Of a stretch of DNA of 64,000 nucleotides, positions 29,272 to 39,624 are shown piece after piece; position 1 is the stretch's first letter, and each line of letters begins with the position of its first letter. The stretch is taken from contig CAVBWZ010000012.1 in the NCBI GenBank assembly GCA_963599445.1, positions 11,811 to 75,810 on the forward strand, read 5' to 3'. Position numbers and translations under genes: made by a program. The DNA is from Bacteroidaceae bacterium (GTDB taxonomy: Bacteria; Spirochaetota; Spirochaetia; Sphaerochaetales; Sphaerochaetaceae). The notes under the pieces are model-generated. The model made no database searches, was not told the DNA's origin, and was given only the letters and a program-made list of their open reading frames with translations.

Positions 29272-29583
29272 ATGTACGCACTCGTAGAAATTCTTGGAAA
29301 GCAGTACAAGGCAGAAGAAGGAAAGTCCATCCAGGTCGATCTCGTCAAGGCTGAGGTCGGCGGGACAGTAACATACGATTCCGTCCTTGCAGTTGTCAAA
29401 GAAGATGAAGTCAAGTTTGGCGCTCCATACGTTGAAGGTGCCAGCATTGTAGCCACACTCGAGTCCAACATCAAGGACGGCAAGGTTCGTGTCTACAAGT
29501 TCCGCAGGAGAAAGGGATATCGCAGGACCCAGGGTCATCGTCAGCAGTATTCCATTCTCAAGATCGAAAAGATCAACGCTTAA
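29272..29583 (+). CDS. rplU: 50S ribosomal protein L21
   Basis: MYALVEILGKQYK...YKFRRRKGYRRTQGHRQ. Confidence 0.95.
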   Translation: MYALVEILGKQYKAEEGKSIQVDLVKAEVGGTVTYDSVLAVVKEDEVKFGAPYVEGASIVATLESNIKDGKVRVYKFRRRKGYRRTQGHRQQYSILKIEKINA

Positions 29584-29595
29584 GGGAGGCAATCA

Positions 29596-29850
29596 ATGGC
29601 TCATCATAAAGGTGGTGGTTCATCCAGAAACGGAAGAGACTCTAATGCACAGCGCCTTGGCGTAAAGCGTTACGGCGGACAGGTCGTGAAGGGCGGCGAG
29701 GTTCTCGTTCGTCAGCACGGCACAAAGATTCACCCGGGCCAGAACGTTGGTTTGGGCTCCGACTACACACTCTTTGCAAAGGTTGGTGGAAAGGTCCTTT
29801 ATCACTCAAGGAACAACCGCAACTACGTAAGCATAGTCGTCGAAGAGTAA
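29596..29850 (+). CDS. rpmA: 50S ribosomal protein L27
   Basis: [24 protein letters not shown]. Confidence 0.95.
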   Translation: MAHHKGGGSSRNGRDSNAQRLGVKRYGGQVVKGGEVLVRQHGTKIHPGQNVGLGSDYTLFAKVGGKVLYHSRNNRNYVSIVVEE

Positions 29851-29868
29851 GTTCGAGAAAAGATCTCT

Positions 29869-30933
29869 ATGTTTGGTTTTTCAGATGAAACCTATATCGA
29901 CATTGCCTCCGGAAACGGAGGCAATGGCTGTGTTTCCTTCAGGCGTGAGAAGTTCGTAGCCAAAGGCGGCCCTGACGGCGGTGATGGTGGAAAGGGCGGA
30001 GACGTCGTCTTCGTCGTGAAGAACAATCTGAGGACGCTTGCGCATCTCAAGGTCATACGTTCCTTCCGTGCAGAGAACGGCAGGGGCGGCAGCGGTGCGC
30101 GCTGCTATGGTCGCAATGGAAACGACATGGAGATACCAGTCCCTCCTGGGACCGTAATCAAGGACGCCAGCACAGGGGAGGTCATAAAGGACCTTACGGG
30201 CGTCGACCGCTTCGTATTCCTCAAGGGCGGTCGCGGCGGCCTTGGCAACTATCATTTCAGAACCTCTACGAGACAGGCTCCAAAGTTCGCCCAGCCAGGC
30301 GAGCCAGGTGTTGAAATGAGAGTTGGAGTTGAGCTTTTGGTCATAGCGGACGTAGGTTTCGTAGGATTCCCGAACGCAGGCAAGAGCTCACTTATGAACA
30401 TGCTCACCAACGCACGCAGCAAAGTGGCCTCGTATCCGTTCACCACGAAGATCCCTCAGCTTGGCATGATGCGTCTTGGAGACCAGGATGTGGTGATCGC
30501 CGACATCCCTGGAATCATAGAAGGTGCAAGCCAGGGTGCAGGCATGGGCTTCAAGTTCCTCAAGCACATTGCAAGGACGGGCGGCTTGGCATACCTCATC
30601 GACATGTCGGATCCTCAGTGCCTTGACCAATATGAGCTTCTCAGAAACGAACTTGGAACGTATTCTACGGACCTCCTTGAGAAACGCGAAGTCCTCATTG
30701 GCACGAAGCTTGACGAGGATGGTGCGCCTGAGAACTTCGAGAAATTCAAGGCAAAGTACGCAGACAAGAAGGTCTTTGGGATGAGCATATTCGACGAGGA
30801 TTCCGTCAAACCAATCATGAAGGCGTTCGTGGACATGCTGGAGGAGCCTTCCGTAGAGAGGGGGTTCACGACAAAGCCCAACGAAGATGCCTTCTACCCT
30901 GAGACGGACGATAGGTTCCTGCCTCAGGACTAG
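29869..30933 (+). CDS. obg: GTPase ObgE/CgtA
   Basis: Obg-fold GNGGNGCVSFRREKF. G1 GFPNAGKSS, G3 DIPG, G4 TKLD. Confidence 0.95.
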   Translation: MFGFSDETYIDIASGNGGNGCVSFRREKFVAKGGPDGGDGGKGGDVVFVVKNNLRTLAHLKVIRSFRAENGRGGSGARCYGRNGNDMEIPVPPGTVIKDASTGEVIKDLTGVDRFVFLKGGRGGLGNYHFRTSTRQAPKFAQPGEPGVEMRVGVELLVIADVGFVGFPNAGKSSLMNMLTNARSKVASYPFTTKIPQLGMMRLGDQDVVIADIPGIIEGASQGAGMGFKFLKHIARTGGLAYLIDMSDPQCLDQYELLRNELGTYSTDLLEKREVLIGTKLDEDGAPENFEKFKAKYADKKVFGMSIFDEDSVKPIMKAFVDMLEEPSVERGFTTKPNEDAFYPETDDRFLPQD

Positions 30934-30961
30934 TGAGCGAATGGGTGAGGGAAGAGACGAA

Positions 30962-31564
30962 ATGAAGATTGCCATGCTGGGAGGAAGCTTCGATCCCGTT
31001 CATTTGGGTCATTTGTTCCTCCTTCACTGTGCTGTCTCCATGTCTGACTATGATACGTTCATGGTCGTGCCCGCCGCTTTGAGCAACTTCAAACGCACCA
31101 ACGCCCCAAAGGCCACGGACAAGGACAGGCTTGAGATGTTGCGCCTTGCACTTCTTGACTACAAGGACATCTATCCCAACGACGACGCGGACATAAGGCT
31201 ATCCACAATGGAGCTGGATCGCGGCGGGGTTTCGTACACATACGACACCGTCATGGCTTTGAAGCGTGAAATGGACATCCACACCCGGCTTGGCCTCATA
31301 ATGGGCGACGACCAGATTCCTTCTCTAGACCGATGGTATCGATTCGACGACCTCAAGGCCGAAGTCCGTTTTCTGATATGCCGCCGCAATCAGGATGGAG
31401 CTCTCTGGAACCTCATGCCTGAAGGCGTCGTCTATTCAAGGCTTGAGCCTGCTGAGCTTGCAATGCAGTCTTCAAGCGGTTTCAAAGGGGATGTCCACGG
31501 TAGAATGGGAGACCTTCCAAAAAGGGTTGCAGAGTATGTCAGAGAACACAACCTATACAGTTGA
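30962..31564 (+). CDS. nadD: nicotinate-nucleotide adenylyltransferase
   Basis: GGSFDPVHLGH motif and position in the obg-nadD-yqeK-rsfS cluster. Confidence 0.85.
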   Translation: MKIAMLGGSFDPVHLGHLFLLHCAVSMSDYDTFMVVPAALSNFKRTNAPKATDKDRLEMLRLALLDYKDIYPNDDADIRLSTMELDRGGVSYTYDTVMALKREMDIHTRLGLIMGDDQIPSLDRWYRFDDLKAEVRFLICRRNQDGALWNLMPEGVVYSRLEPAELAMQSSSGFKGDVHGRMGDLPKRVAEYVREHNLYS

Positions 31565-32228
31565 TGCGATTGCGAATATAGAGGACCTTGACCGCTTCCT
31601 GAAAGGCAAGGTCTCGGAGAAGAGATACATACACAGCCAAGGGGTTGCTGAAACCACGGCTAGGCTCTTGGAGCAGTATCCTTCATGCGACTATCCAAAG
31701 ACCTGGAAGGGCTTCGATGCAGCGCTTTTCTGCGGTCTTTCACATGATATCGCACGGGAGATGGACGATGCCTCAATCCTTGCATATTGCCATGAAAACT
31801 CCATTGGACTTACGCAACAGGAAATCGATGCGCCTGTTCTGGCGCATGGCAAGGTGTCGGCTGACATCGTTTCAAATCTATGTCCCGACTATCCATCTTC
31901 CTGGAGGAGAGCCATAGAAGTCCATACCACGGGATGTGCTGGGATGGACAGCCTTGCGCTTGCCTTGTTCGTCGCCGATTTCATAGAACCCTCACGAAGG
32001 TTCATGACCGATGAAAGACGCTCCTACTACTTGGCCTCTCCAAACCTTGGATCCTGTGCGTATAGAGTCCTATGTGATATGATAGACCACTGGAGGGAAA
32101 GCGGATTCCGTAGCATAGCCAATGGTTCACTTGAAATGAAGGCTGACCTTGAAGCTAAAGGATGCGACGAAGGCCGGTTTCCATGGATGGACAGAAATGC
32201 AGCAGGAGGAGGGTGCAGTTGTTCATAG
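31536..32228 (+). CDS. yqeK: HD-domain bis(5'-nucleosyl)-tetraphosphatase YqeK
   Basis: RYIHSQGVAETT and LSHDIARE HD motifs. Overlaps the nadD end by 29 nt. Confidence 0.75.
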   Translation: MSENTTYTVDAIANIEDLDRFLKGKVSEKRYIHSQGVAETTARLLEQYPSCDYPKTWKGFDAALFCGLSHDIAREMDDASILAYCHENSIGLTQQEIDAPVLAHGKVSADIVSNLCPDYPSSWRRAIEVHTTGCAGMDSLALALFVADFIEPSRRFMTDERRSYYLASPNLGSCAYRVLCDMIDHWRESGFRSIANGSLEMKADLEAKGCDEGRFPWMDRNAAGGGCSCS

Positions 32229-32812
32229 AGAAAGGAAGGCTTCCAAAGATTCTCTTTGTTCTCATGGCCGTTGTGTGCCTGGCCGTTCTATGTTCGTGCA
32301 CTTCGTCCAACAGAGACTGCTTCTATGCATACTTCGAGGACACTGCATTCATTTTGGTGTACGACAGGAACCAAGACACCCTCTATGAAGTGATACTTCC
32401 CCTTGAACCCATACTCCTTTGGGGAAAGGATGCAGGATTGGACTCCATCCCCGTTGCCATGAGGAACTTTGTGGGCCTCAAGGAAAGCGGCTTCCTCGTT
32501 GGGACAAGCATCTCTCTTCAGACCCTGCGCGATATGCTGGATGTCATGGGTACCGATATGGAAGGAGAACCTAGCGGAGCCAAGAGGCTTGCAACGTTTG
32601 CGGACAACGTTGCAGTATTGAGCAAAAAACCGTTGTCAGATAATATGAACAGGCTTTGCGGACAGGACATGTCCAAAGTCCTGGACGTACTTGAAAACAA
32701 AAGTCCAAATGCCGTCTACTATGATGCAGGAGGGCTTTTCGACAACGAAGATCTGAACTTCTCCCAGCGGTACTTCACTCAGTGGCTGGGCCAGGTTCTT
32801 GGAGGATATTGA
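32219..32812 (+). CDS. hypothetical lipoprotein
   Basis: Signal peptide with lipobox LAVLCSC. ORF opens at 32162. TTG 32219 follows GGAGG; start uncertain. No family recognised. Confidence 0.45.
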   Translation: MFIEKGRLPKILFVLMAVVCLAVLCSCTSSNRDCFYAYFEDTAFILVYDRNQDTLYEVILPLEPILLWGKDAGLDSIPVAMRNFVGLKESGFLVGTSISLQTLRDMLDVMGTDMEGEPSGAKRLATFADNVAVLSKKPLSDNMNRLCGQDMSKVLDVLENKSPNAVYYDAGGLFDNEDLNFSQRYFTQWLGQVLGGY

Positions 32813-33153
32813 TGATGAAAGAAGAGATTAGGGAGAAGGCGGCAGCCATAAGCGAATTCCTCGTTGACCACAAGGGCCTTGAAGTCACAACAATAGACGT
32901 GTCGGAGGAGTGTTCCTGGACCGAGTGCTTCGTGATCTGTACGGTTACGAGCCTTGGACACCTGAGAGGTCTGGCCCGTGAGCTCTGGGGCCTTTTGGAT
33001 GAGCTTGGGCTAGAGGTGAACAACCGCCACAAGGCCGTTGGCGACGACGGCTGGGAGCTCATCGACTGCGGAGACATCGTGATTCATCTCATGAGCCAGG
33101 AGCTCAGGGACTTCTACTCCCTTGAGAAGCTTTGGCAGAAGATTGGAAAATGA
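32812..33153 (+). CDS. rsfS: ribosome silencing factor
   Basis: Small protein with FVICTVTS..H and DCGDIVIHLM motifs. ATG overlaps the upstream TGA. Confidence 0.85.
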   Translation: MMKEEIREKAAAISEFLVDHKGLEVTTIDVSEECSWTECFVICTVTSLGHLRGLARELWGLLDELGLEVNNRHKAVGDDGWELIDCGDIVIHLMSQELRDFYSLEKLWQKIGK

Positions 33154-33175
33154 CCAATGAAATGGGTGCGGAGAT

Positions 33176-34753
33176 TTACCGTGCCTTGATCACCATCCCG
33201 CTCCTACTTTTCGTAGGGGCGTTTTCGTATACGGCGAACTCTCCGTTGACCATTACATACTCCAGACCTGTGCACATTGCAAACGGATTGGAAGGGCTTG
33301 AATTGTCATGAAGCGTCTTTGGGTCGAACACCACAAGGTCTGCCTTCATGCCTTCTTGGATTGTGCCTCTGTCTTCGATTCCAATTCTTTTCGCTACCTT
33401 GGATGTCATCTTGGCTATGGCTTCAGGCAAAGTCGCAACCTGGTCTTTCAGACACATGGTCTCCAGTAGATGTATGGCGGCGTTGGCGCTTCTTGGATGG
33501 CTAAGCTCTCCAGTGTAAAGGGCATCCGTTCCAAAGAGCATTAGAGGGTCCTTGAATATCCTTCTAAGGTTCTCCGTGCTTTGGGTTGTATCGGTCATGA
33601 GCGCAAGCTCGCTTTCCTTTGACAGTAGGAAGAAGAGGGTGTCGAACGGGTCTTTGTCTAGTTTTTCCGCTGCTTCCCTCAGTGTCAGGCCATCGTATTC
33701 GGGGGAACTCTCAAGGCTTGCTATGGTTATGTCGTCCCAGGTGCACAGCTCCACTATGCTGTCCCATCCATGCGGGTGCATTATCTCATCTATTGTACGA
33801 GCCCTTAGCGAGGGATTGTTCTCCATCTCCGCCAAGGTCTTTGAAAGCTCGTCCTTCCCAAGCCTTAGAAGGAACGGAGGTAGCAGGCTGAATAGGCTTG
33901 TGCTTCCGTATTCGTATGGATATTGGTCGAACTGTACGTCAAAGCCTTCGTCCCTGAAGCGGTGTATCTTTCCAAGCACTTCGCCCACTTTGCTTTGGTT
34001 GTCCCTTCCAATGGCCTTGAGATGGGAGATTTCAAGCTTTACACCTGTCTTCCTTACGTATCCAAGCACTTCGTCTATGGAGGGGAGAATTTCGTCCCCC
34101 TCGCATCTGTGGTGCACTGCGAAGATTCCATCGTGTTTTTTTACAGTCCTAAGCAGTTCTATGATTTCATGTTCGTCTGCAAAGAGGCATGGTGCGTAGT
34201 ACAGTCCTGTCGATAGCCCAAAGCAACCTTGCTGCAGTGAGATTTCAAGCAACCGACACATTATGGACACTTCTTCCTGTGTCGCAACCCTGTTTGGATT
34301 TCCTTCCATAGCCATCATGCGAAGCATGCTGTGGCTTTGGAGGAACCCCATGTTGATGCCGGGTGCAAGCTTTTGGGAGAACGACTTGAAGTCCGTCCAA
34401 TCCCACGGCTTTGCGTAGTGTCCAAGTATGTCTGCAAAGACAGCCGGGTCTTCAAGTCTTCTTGGATAGATTCCAATGCCGCAGTTGCTGGAAAGGTCGA
34501 ATGTTATGCCCTGCTGTGCCTTGTGCACCATTGAAGGATTGCGTATTGCTTCAAGCTCGCTGTGTGCATGTATGTCCATGAAGCCGGGGCATAGGATTTT
34601 GCCATCTATGTCCTTTATATCCACAGGGGTGAAGGATGGTGCCTTCAGGTCTTTGCCAACGGCTGCAACAAGAGAGCCGTCCACAAGGACATCGGCTTTG
34701 AATGGGGTGCCGCCTTTTCCGTCGATGACGAGGGCGTGTCTGAAGAGTGTCAT
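33176..34753 (-). CDS. N-acyl-D-amino-acid deacylase (D-aminoacylase) family amidohydrolase
   Basis: PGFMDIHAHSE metal-binding start and the C-terminal ADLVVFDP segment typical of the family. Confidence 0.7.
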   Translation of the reverse strand: MTLFRHALVIDGKGGTPFKADVLVDGSLVAAVGKDLKAPSFTPVDIKDIDGKILCPGFMDIHAHSELEAIRNPSMVHKAQQGITFDLSSNCGIGIYPRRLEDPAVFADILGHYAKPWDWTDFKSFSQKLAPGINMGFLQSHSMLRMMAMEGNPNRVATQEEVSIMCRLLEISLQQGCFGLSTGLYYAPCLFADEHEIIELLRTVKKHDGIFAVHHRCEGDEILPSIDEVLGYVRKTGVKLEISHLKAIGRDNQSKVGEVLGKIHRFRDEGFDVQFDQYPYEYGSTSLFSLLPPFLLRLGKDELSKTLAEMENNPSLRARTIDEIMHPHGWDSIVELCTWDDITIASLESSPEYDGLTLREAAEKLDKDPFDTLFFLLSKESELALMTDTTQSTENLRRIFKDPLMLFGTDALYTGELSHPRSANAAIHLLETMCLKDQVATLPEAIAKMTSKVAKRIGIEDRGTIQEGMKADLVVFDPKTLHDNSSPSNPFAMCTGLEYVMVNGEFAVYENAPTKSRSGMVIKAR

Positions 34754-34754
34754 G

Positions 34755-35573
34755 CTAGGCCCGTGCGACCGCGTCCAGTATCATGGCCACGAGGGTTTGG
34801 CTGTTGCCTCGTATCTTCGTGGAGGCGAGGGCTGCCTTGAGCTCAGGGATCTTAGTCTCCCCAAAGAGAGCTGGTGGAAGCTTTGCCTTGTACATTTCGT
34901 TTGCAAGCAGGATGAAGGCAATGAGGGTGCTCCCTTCCTCGAACGGTGCTATCCTGAGGACTTCGGAGAAGAGGAACGCCGCCCTTGCCACGGGGTGCAG
35001 TACGGACCATGGACCTGCGTACTGCTCGAGCATTGCCTCCGTCTCCTGCGACTGTGGGCCTCCCAGCTTGTAGTAGCCTGCGCTCTTTTCGTTGATTGAG
35101 CTCATGAGACGCCTATGGATGTCAAGGAGCTTCTTCTCGTTGAGGTCGAACGGTATGGAGGAGAGTATGGAACCGGCGTTGAGAGCCATGACCTGTTGCT
35201 TGAGGGTGAGGGAGGTCTGGTTTTGCAGGTTCAGAACGCCTTCGAGAGCCTGTGAGGTGGTTTCGTCTCCGTCGTATGTCATGGCTTCAAGTATCAGCTG
35301 GGCCTTTTGTCTGTTGTCCAATGGTGTGACCGTTAGGCTTGAGCGTATGGAATCCGCCTTGCTGTAGTCCTGGATGCCTGTCCTAAGGCTCCTGTTCTTC
35401 ATATATCTGAGAGTTCTTCCATCGGCCGGCTTCTGGGTTCCCACCGGAATGCTCCACACCCAGTCTCCGCAGCGTGCGGCTCCTTCTATCTTGCCTTCTG
35501 CGCACAGAGACCTCACGCGCCTTTCGCTTATGCCCCATTTCTGTGCAGCTTCCTTCGTGCTTATGTACTCCAT
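34755..35573 (-). CDS. HTH DNA-binding protein with a degenerate Fic/DOC domain
   Basis: N-terminal MerR/excisionase-type HTH (ISTKEAAQKWGISERRVRSLCAEGKI). The C-terminal Fic-like helix bundle carries IAPFEEGSTLIAF in place of HPFxxGNGRxxR. Confidence 0.55.
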   Translation of the reverse strand: MEYISTKEAAQKWGISERRVRSLCAEGKIEGAARCGDWVWSIPVGTQKPADGRTLRYMKNRSLRTGIQDYSKADSIRSSLTVTPLDNRQKAQLILEAMTYDGDETTSQALEGVLNLQNQTSLTLKQQVMALNAGSILSSIPFDLNEKKLLDIHRRLMSSINEKSAGYYKLGGPQSQETEAMLEQYAGPWSVLHPVARAAFLFSEVLRIAPFEEGSTLIAFILLANEMYKAKLPPALFGETKIPELKAALASTKIRGNSQTLVAMILDAVARA

Positions 35574-35824
35574 GGAATTCCCTCCAAAGTGGTCGTTTCA
35601 ACGCCCACTGGTTTAGGATATTCCGAACTCGGATGGAATTTCAAGTGTAGTTTTACGTTGTTTTTACCTGATAGGGGATATGCTTCTCAAGTCTGTGCAA
35701 CAAATTGCAACAGTTTTTGCGCTTCTGACCTCCTTTATGTAAAAAAAATTTTACTTTTTCCTTTCAAATGGATGAATTGCGTGAGATAATTACTAGTAGC
35801 ATTTTTTTCTAGGAGGAGAAAAAC

Positions 35825-37117
35825 ATGAAAAAAGCTCTTATCGCTATGCTTCTTGTCCTCGCAATTGCATTCCCAATGTTCGCACAGGGTGCAGTCGAAG
35901 AGGATAATTCACCAATCGAATTGAATTTCTGGACACATGAGGATGCCGCAAGAGCAGAACTCGAAGACAAGTGGATCAAGGAATTCCAGGAAATCCATCC
36001 AAACGTAACTGTTACTGTCACGAGACAGAGCGCTGAAAAGCTCCGTGAGCTTGTCCAGACGGCTTTCGCTTCCGGCGAGGGTCCATCTTTCTTCAACCTT
36101 CCTATCGAGAACGAGTATCAGTACATCGAAGCCGGCCGTGTAGCTCCATGTGACTACAAGACCCTTGGTTTCAAGGATGCAGCAGATCTTCTCGACCACT
36201 ATCAGGATGGCATGATCGATGCAGTCGTCTACGACGGCGATGTCTACGGCCTTCCTCTTGAGCTGACCAACTGGTCAATCTTCATCAACAAGAACGTCTT
36301 CCGTGCAGCCGGCCTCGATGCTGAGACTGACTATCCAAAGACTTGGGAGGACATGGTAGAAGTCTCCAGCAAGATCGTCCTTCGCGATGGCGACATCATC
36401 ACAAGACGTGGTTTCGACTTCAGATACTCCTATGAGCTTACATACTTCGTTCCAATGGTAGAGCAGCTTGGTGGCGAGCTCAACGAGAAGGAAGGATGCG
36501 TCAACAAGGACGCTTGGGTGAAGGCTCTTACTTTCATGCAGAACTGGGGACCTCAGGGCAACAACCTTGGAAACCCAACCCTCACGGCTGCCAGAAAACT
36601 CTTCAACAAGAACAACGGTGACATGGCAATGGCCAACACAGGTCTCTATCAGGAGTCCAGAATCCTCACCGACAACCCAGACTTCTACAACAGCGGCGAG
36701 TGGATGGTCGTTCCATATCCAGTGTTCGAGGATGCTGTCAAGGACGTTGCAGGCTGCTACTATGGACACTTCTACATGGTCAACGCAGACAAGTCAGAGC
36801 GCGAGCAGAAGATGGCTTGGGAACTCATCAAGTACTTCCTCCTCACAGAGGGACATGCTGAAGAGTACCTCACCAAAGTCGGTCTCATCCAGCCTCTCAA
36901 GACTCTCATGAACGGCGAGACTTACCAGAGCATGCCTTACTCGGATGTCTTCAGCGGCGACTTCGCAAGATCCCACATCGTATACTACGGAAAGGGTGCT
37001 GCAGAGATCCAGTCCGCAATCAACAGTGCAGTCAAGTCCGTCATGCTCCAGGGCACGGATCCAGCAGCTGCATACGATGCTCTCCAGAAGAACGTTCTCG
37101 AGATCCTCGCAGACTGA
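35825..37117 (+). CDS. ABC transporter substrate-binding protein (carbohydrate, family 1)
   Basis: Signal peptide, then IELNFWTHED...; size and context with two MalF/MalG-type permeases. Confidence 0.85.
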   Translation: MKKALIAMLLVLAIAFPMFAQGAVEEDNSPIELNFWTHEDAARAELEDKWIKEFQEIHPNVTVTVTRQSAEKLRELVQTAFASGEGPSFFNLPIENEYQYIEAGRVAPCDYKTLGFKDAADLLDHYQDGMIDAVVYDGDVYGLPLELTNWSIFINKNVFRAAGLDAETDYPKTWEDMVEVSSKIVLRDGDIITRRGFDFRYSYELTYFVPMVEQLGGELNEKEGCVNKDAWVKALTFMQNWGPQGNNLGNPTLTAARKLFNKNNGDMAMANTGLYQESRILTDNPDFYNSGEWMVVPYPVFEDAVKDVAGCYYGHFYMVNADKSEREQKMAWELIKYFLLTEGHAEEYLTKVGLIQPLKTLMNGETYQSMPYSDVFSGDFARSHIVYYGKGAAEIQSAINSAVKSVMLQGTDPAAAYDALQKNVLEILAD

Positions 37118-37143
37118 TTGCCCTTCAATTAGGTGTTTTTCAT

Positions 37144-37176
37144 GCAGTGGACCACTTTGCTGGTCCACTGCTTTTA
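37144..37176 (+). terminator. intra-operon hairpin/attenuating terminator after the binding-protein gene
   Basis: GCAGTGGACCA / TGGTCCACTGC 11-bp stem followed by TTTT. Confidence 0.6.
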
Positions 37177-37199
37177 GATTTTAGAAAGGTCATATTTTT

Positions 37200-38129
37200 A
37201 TGAAAAAGAAACTAACTCCATACAGCATAGAGAAGAAACAGGCGCGCTGGGGATTCCTTTTCACCGTTCCATGCCTTGCCTTCTTTGTTGTGTTCAGCTT
37301 CTACCCAATCATAAGCGCGTTCATAACCAGCCTTACGAACCGCGATGCAATAAGAAGGACCTATGACTTCATAGGCTTCCAGAACTACAAATATCTGTTC
37401 ACGCAGAGCAACGGAGGCTTCTCCCTTCTCAATTCATTGAAGGCTACAGCAATATTCACAGTTGGTACGTTCGTTCCAATGGTCGTAGTCTCCCTTGTAC
37501 TTGCCGTGCTTATCATGCAACTTCGCAAGCCGGGTCATTCCAAGATGTTCGAGCTTGCTTACTATACCCCTGCAGTCCTTTCGTCGGTCGTAGCGGCCAC
37601 GATATGGATGATCCTGTTCCAGCCTACAGGTCTTTTCAACCAGATCTCCAACTTCGTGATGCATACATCAGGCAAGGACTATCAGTGGCTCACCAACAAC
37701 TCAATGCTCAGGGCTTCCACCATCATAGTGTATTTCTGGAAGTACATTGGATACTTCACGATTCTGTTCATAACAGGCCTTGCATCCATTCCTCCAACGA
37801 TCTACGAGGCTGCCATCGTCGACGGCTCCTCACGTTGGCACACGTTCTGGAAGATCACGCTTCCTCTTCTCAAGCCAACCGTAGTGCTTGTATCCATCAT
37901 GGCAATGCTCCAGTGCCTGAAGACGTTCAGCACCCAGTACATGTTCGTGCAGGGTGGAACGGCAAGGGAACCTATAGATGTCATAACCATGAACATCTAC
38001 TACACAGGCGTCGTGAACAGGCGTCTTGGACGTTCGAGTGCAATGTCCATAATCCTGTTCCTCATCATGCTTTGCTTCACCTATCTGCAGTTCTCGACGC
38101 AGAAGGGCGGCGACGACGTAGAGTATTGA
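37200..38129 (+). CDS. carbohydrate ABC transporter permease (MalF-like)
   Basis: 6-TM BPD_transp_1 profile with the EAAxxDG-type loop (YEAAIVDGSSRWHTFWKITLP). Confidence 0.9.
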   Translation: MKKKLTPYSIEKKQARWGFLFTVPCLAFFVVFSFYPIISAFITSLTNRDAIRRTYDFIGFQNYKYLFTQSNGGFSLLNSLKATAIFTVGTFVPMVVVSLVLAVLIMQLRKPGHSKMFELAYYTPAVLSSVVAATIWMILFQPTGLFNQISNFVMHTSGKDYQWLTNNSMLRASTIIVYFWKYIGYFTILFITGLASIPPTIYEAAIVDGSSRWHTFWKITLPLLKPTVVLVSIMAMLQCLKTFSTQYMFVQGGTAREPIDVITMNIYYTGVVNRRLGRSSAMSIILFLIMLCFTYLQFSTQKGGDDVEY

Positions 38130-38141
38130 TGGAGGTGTAGC

Positions 38142-39023
38142 ATGAACAACAACAAATTCGTTGGAAAGGTAGGTATTGGAGAGATACTCACGTATGTTGT
38201 CCTCATCCTCGTGCTTCTGTTCACCATAATGCCGCTTCTCTTCATGGTGACTGCGGCCTTCATGGATGCGAAGCAGATCATGGCCATGCCATACACTTGG
38301 ATTCCAAGCAGCAAGTACTTCACGACATCCTCCAGGACGTTCTTCACGAACTTCCAGAAGGCCATCGTTGGAAACCACAACGACCATATCTTCTTCAGGA
38401 ACCTGTGGAACTCCCTTATAGTGGCGTTCACCTGTGCCTTGACGACGGTTCTTCTGGCTTCGCTGTGTGGCTATGGACTTGCAAAGTTCAACTTCAAGGG
38501 CAAGACGGTCGTATTCATGGCAATCATGAGTACAATGATGATTCCCTTCGAGGCCATCATGATTCCGTTGTATCTTGTCGCTTCCAAGCTCAAGATAATC
38601 AACACCATCCCAGGTCTCATAATCCCGTTCCTTGTAAGCGCCTTTGGTGTCTTCCAGATGAGGCAGTACCTCATAACGTTCCCAAGCGAATACCTGGACG
38701 CCGCCAGAGTGGACGGCCTTACGGAATTTGGAATCTATGCAAGGATAGTCCTTCCAAACTCGACTCCTGTCATTGCTACCCTTGGAATCCTGTCGTTCAG
38801 GAACCAATGGGACAACCTCCTTTGGCCTCTGCTCTGCTCACAGGCCGAGAAGATGAAGACCATCCCTCTGTACATCTCCAAGTTCGCAGAGGAGAAGCAG
38901 ACGGACGAAGGAGCCCTCATGGCCTGCGCCCTGCTGGCTTCCATTCCAATGTTCATCCTGTTCTTCTCGCTTTCCAAGTACTTCCTCGGCGGTGCTGCGG
39001 TATACGAATCAAGAAAGGGTTGA
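38142..39023 (+). CDS. carbohydrate ABC transporter permease (MalG-like)
   Basis: LDAARVDGLTEFGIYARIVLP EAA loop; 6 TM. Confidence 0.9.
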   Translation: MNNNKFVGKVGIGEILTYVVLILVLLFTIMPLLFMVTAAFMDAKQIMAMPYTWIPSSKYFTTSSRTFFTNFQKAIVGNHNDHIFFRNLWNSLIVAFTCALTTVLLASLCGYGLAKFNFKGKTVVFMAIMSTMMIPFEAIMIPLYLVASKLKIINTIPGLIIPFLVSAFGVFQMRQYLITFPSEYLDAARVDGLTEFGIYARIVLPNSTPVIATLGILSFRNQWDNLLWPLLCSQAEKMKTIPLYISKFAEEKQTDEGALMACALLASIPMFILFFSLSKYFLGGAAVYESRKG

Positions 39024-39032
39024 TTTCCTTGT

Positions 39033-39611
39033 ATGGCAAAACTATATGTCTTTGATTTGGGAGGCGTTGTCCTAAAGAACATCGACTTCCGCGACAGAAT
39101 GATCGAACTCCTTGGCGTGGATGCCAAGGAGTTCCTTGTAGAGTACAGACACTACGATTTTCCAATCATGGACGGAAACTACGACATCCACGATTTCTAC
39201 AGGCATTTGGAGCATGTCTTTGGCGTAAAGGTTCCTGGCGACCCTTTCAAGGATCTTTTCCATCCTGTAGAGAACGCTCCCATGGTGGAGCTCATCAAGG
39301 CCCTCAAGGCCCGTGGAAGCCGTGTAGTGTGCGCCACGAACAACTGCACTCCCCATTGGAACATAATCCAGGAGAAGGGTTGGGACAAGCTCTTCGATGC
39401 CTGCTACGTTTCGCATCTCATTGGCCTTACAAAGCCTTCAAGGGCTTTCTTCAATTACGTCCTGTCCCACGAAGGTGTGGAAGGGGAGGATGTCGTCTTC
39501 CTTGACGACTACGAGGAGAACATCCTTGGGGCAAGGGCTTTGGGTATAAACGCCCTTTGGTATGACACAAAGCTCTTGGACAAGGATCTGATGACGGTCC
39601 TTGATATGTAG
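39033..39611 (+). CDS. HAD family hydrolase
   Basis: DLGGV motif I (FDLGGVV) and C-terminal FLDD motif. Confidence 0.75.
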   Translation: MAKLYVFDLGGVVLKNIDFRDRMIELLGVDAKEFLVEYRHYDFPIMDGNYDIHDFYRHLEHVFGVKVPGDPFKDLFHPVENAPMVELIKALKARGSRVVCATNNCTPHWNIIQEKGWDKLFDACYVSHLIGLTKPSRAFFNYVLSHEGVEGEDVVFLDDYEENILGARALGINALWYDTKLLDKDLMTVLDM

Positions 39612-39624
39612 TTCAACGTATAGT

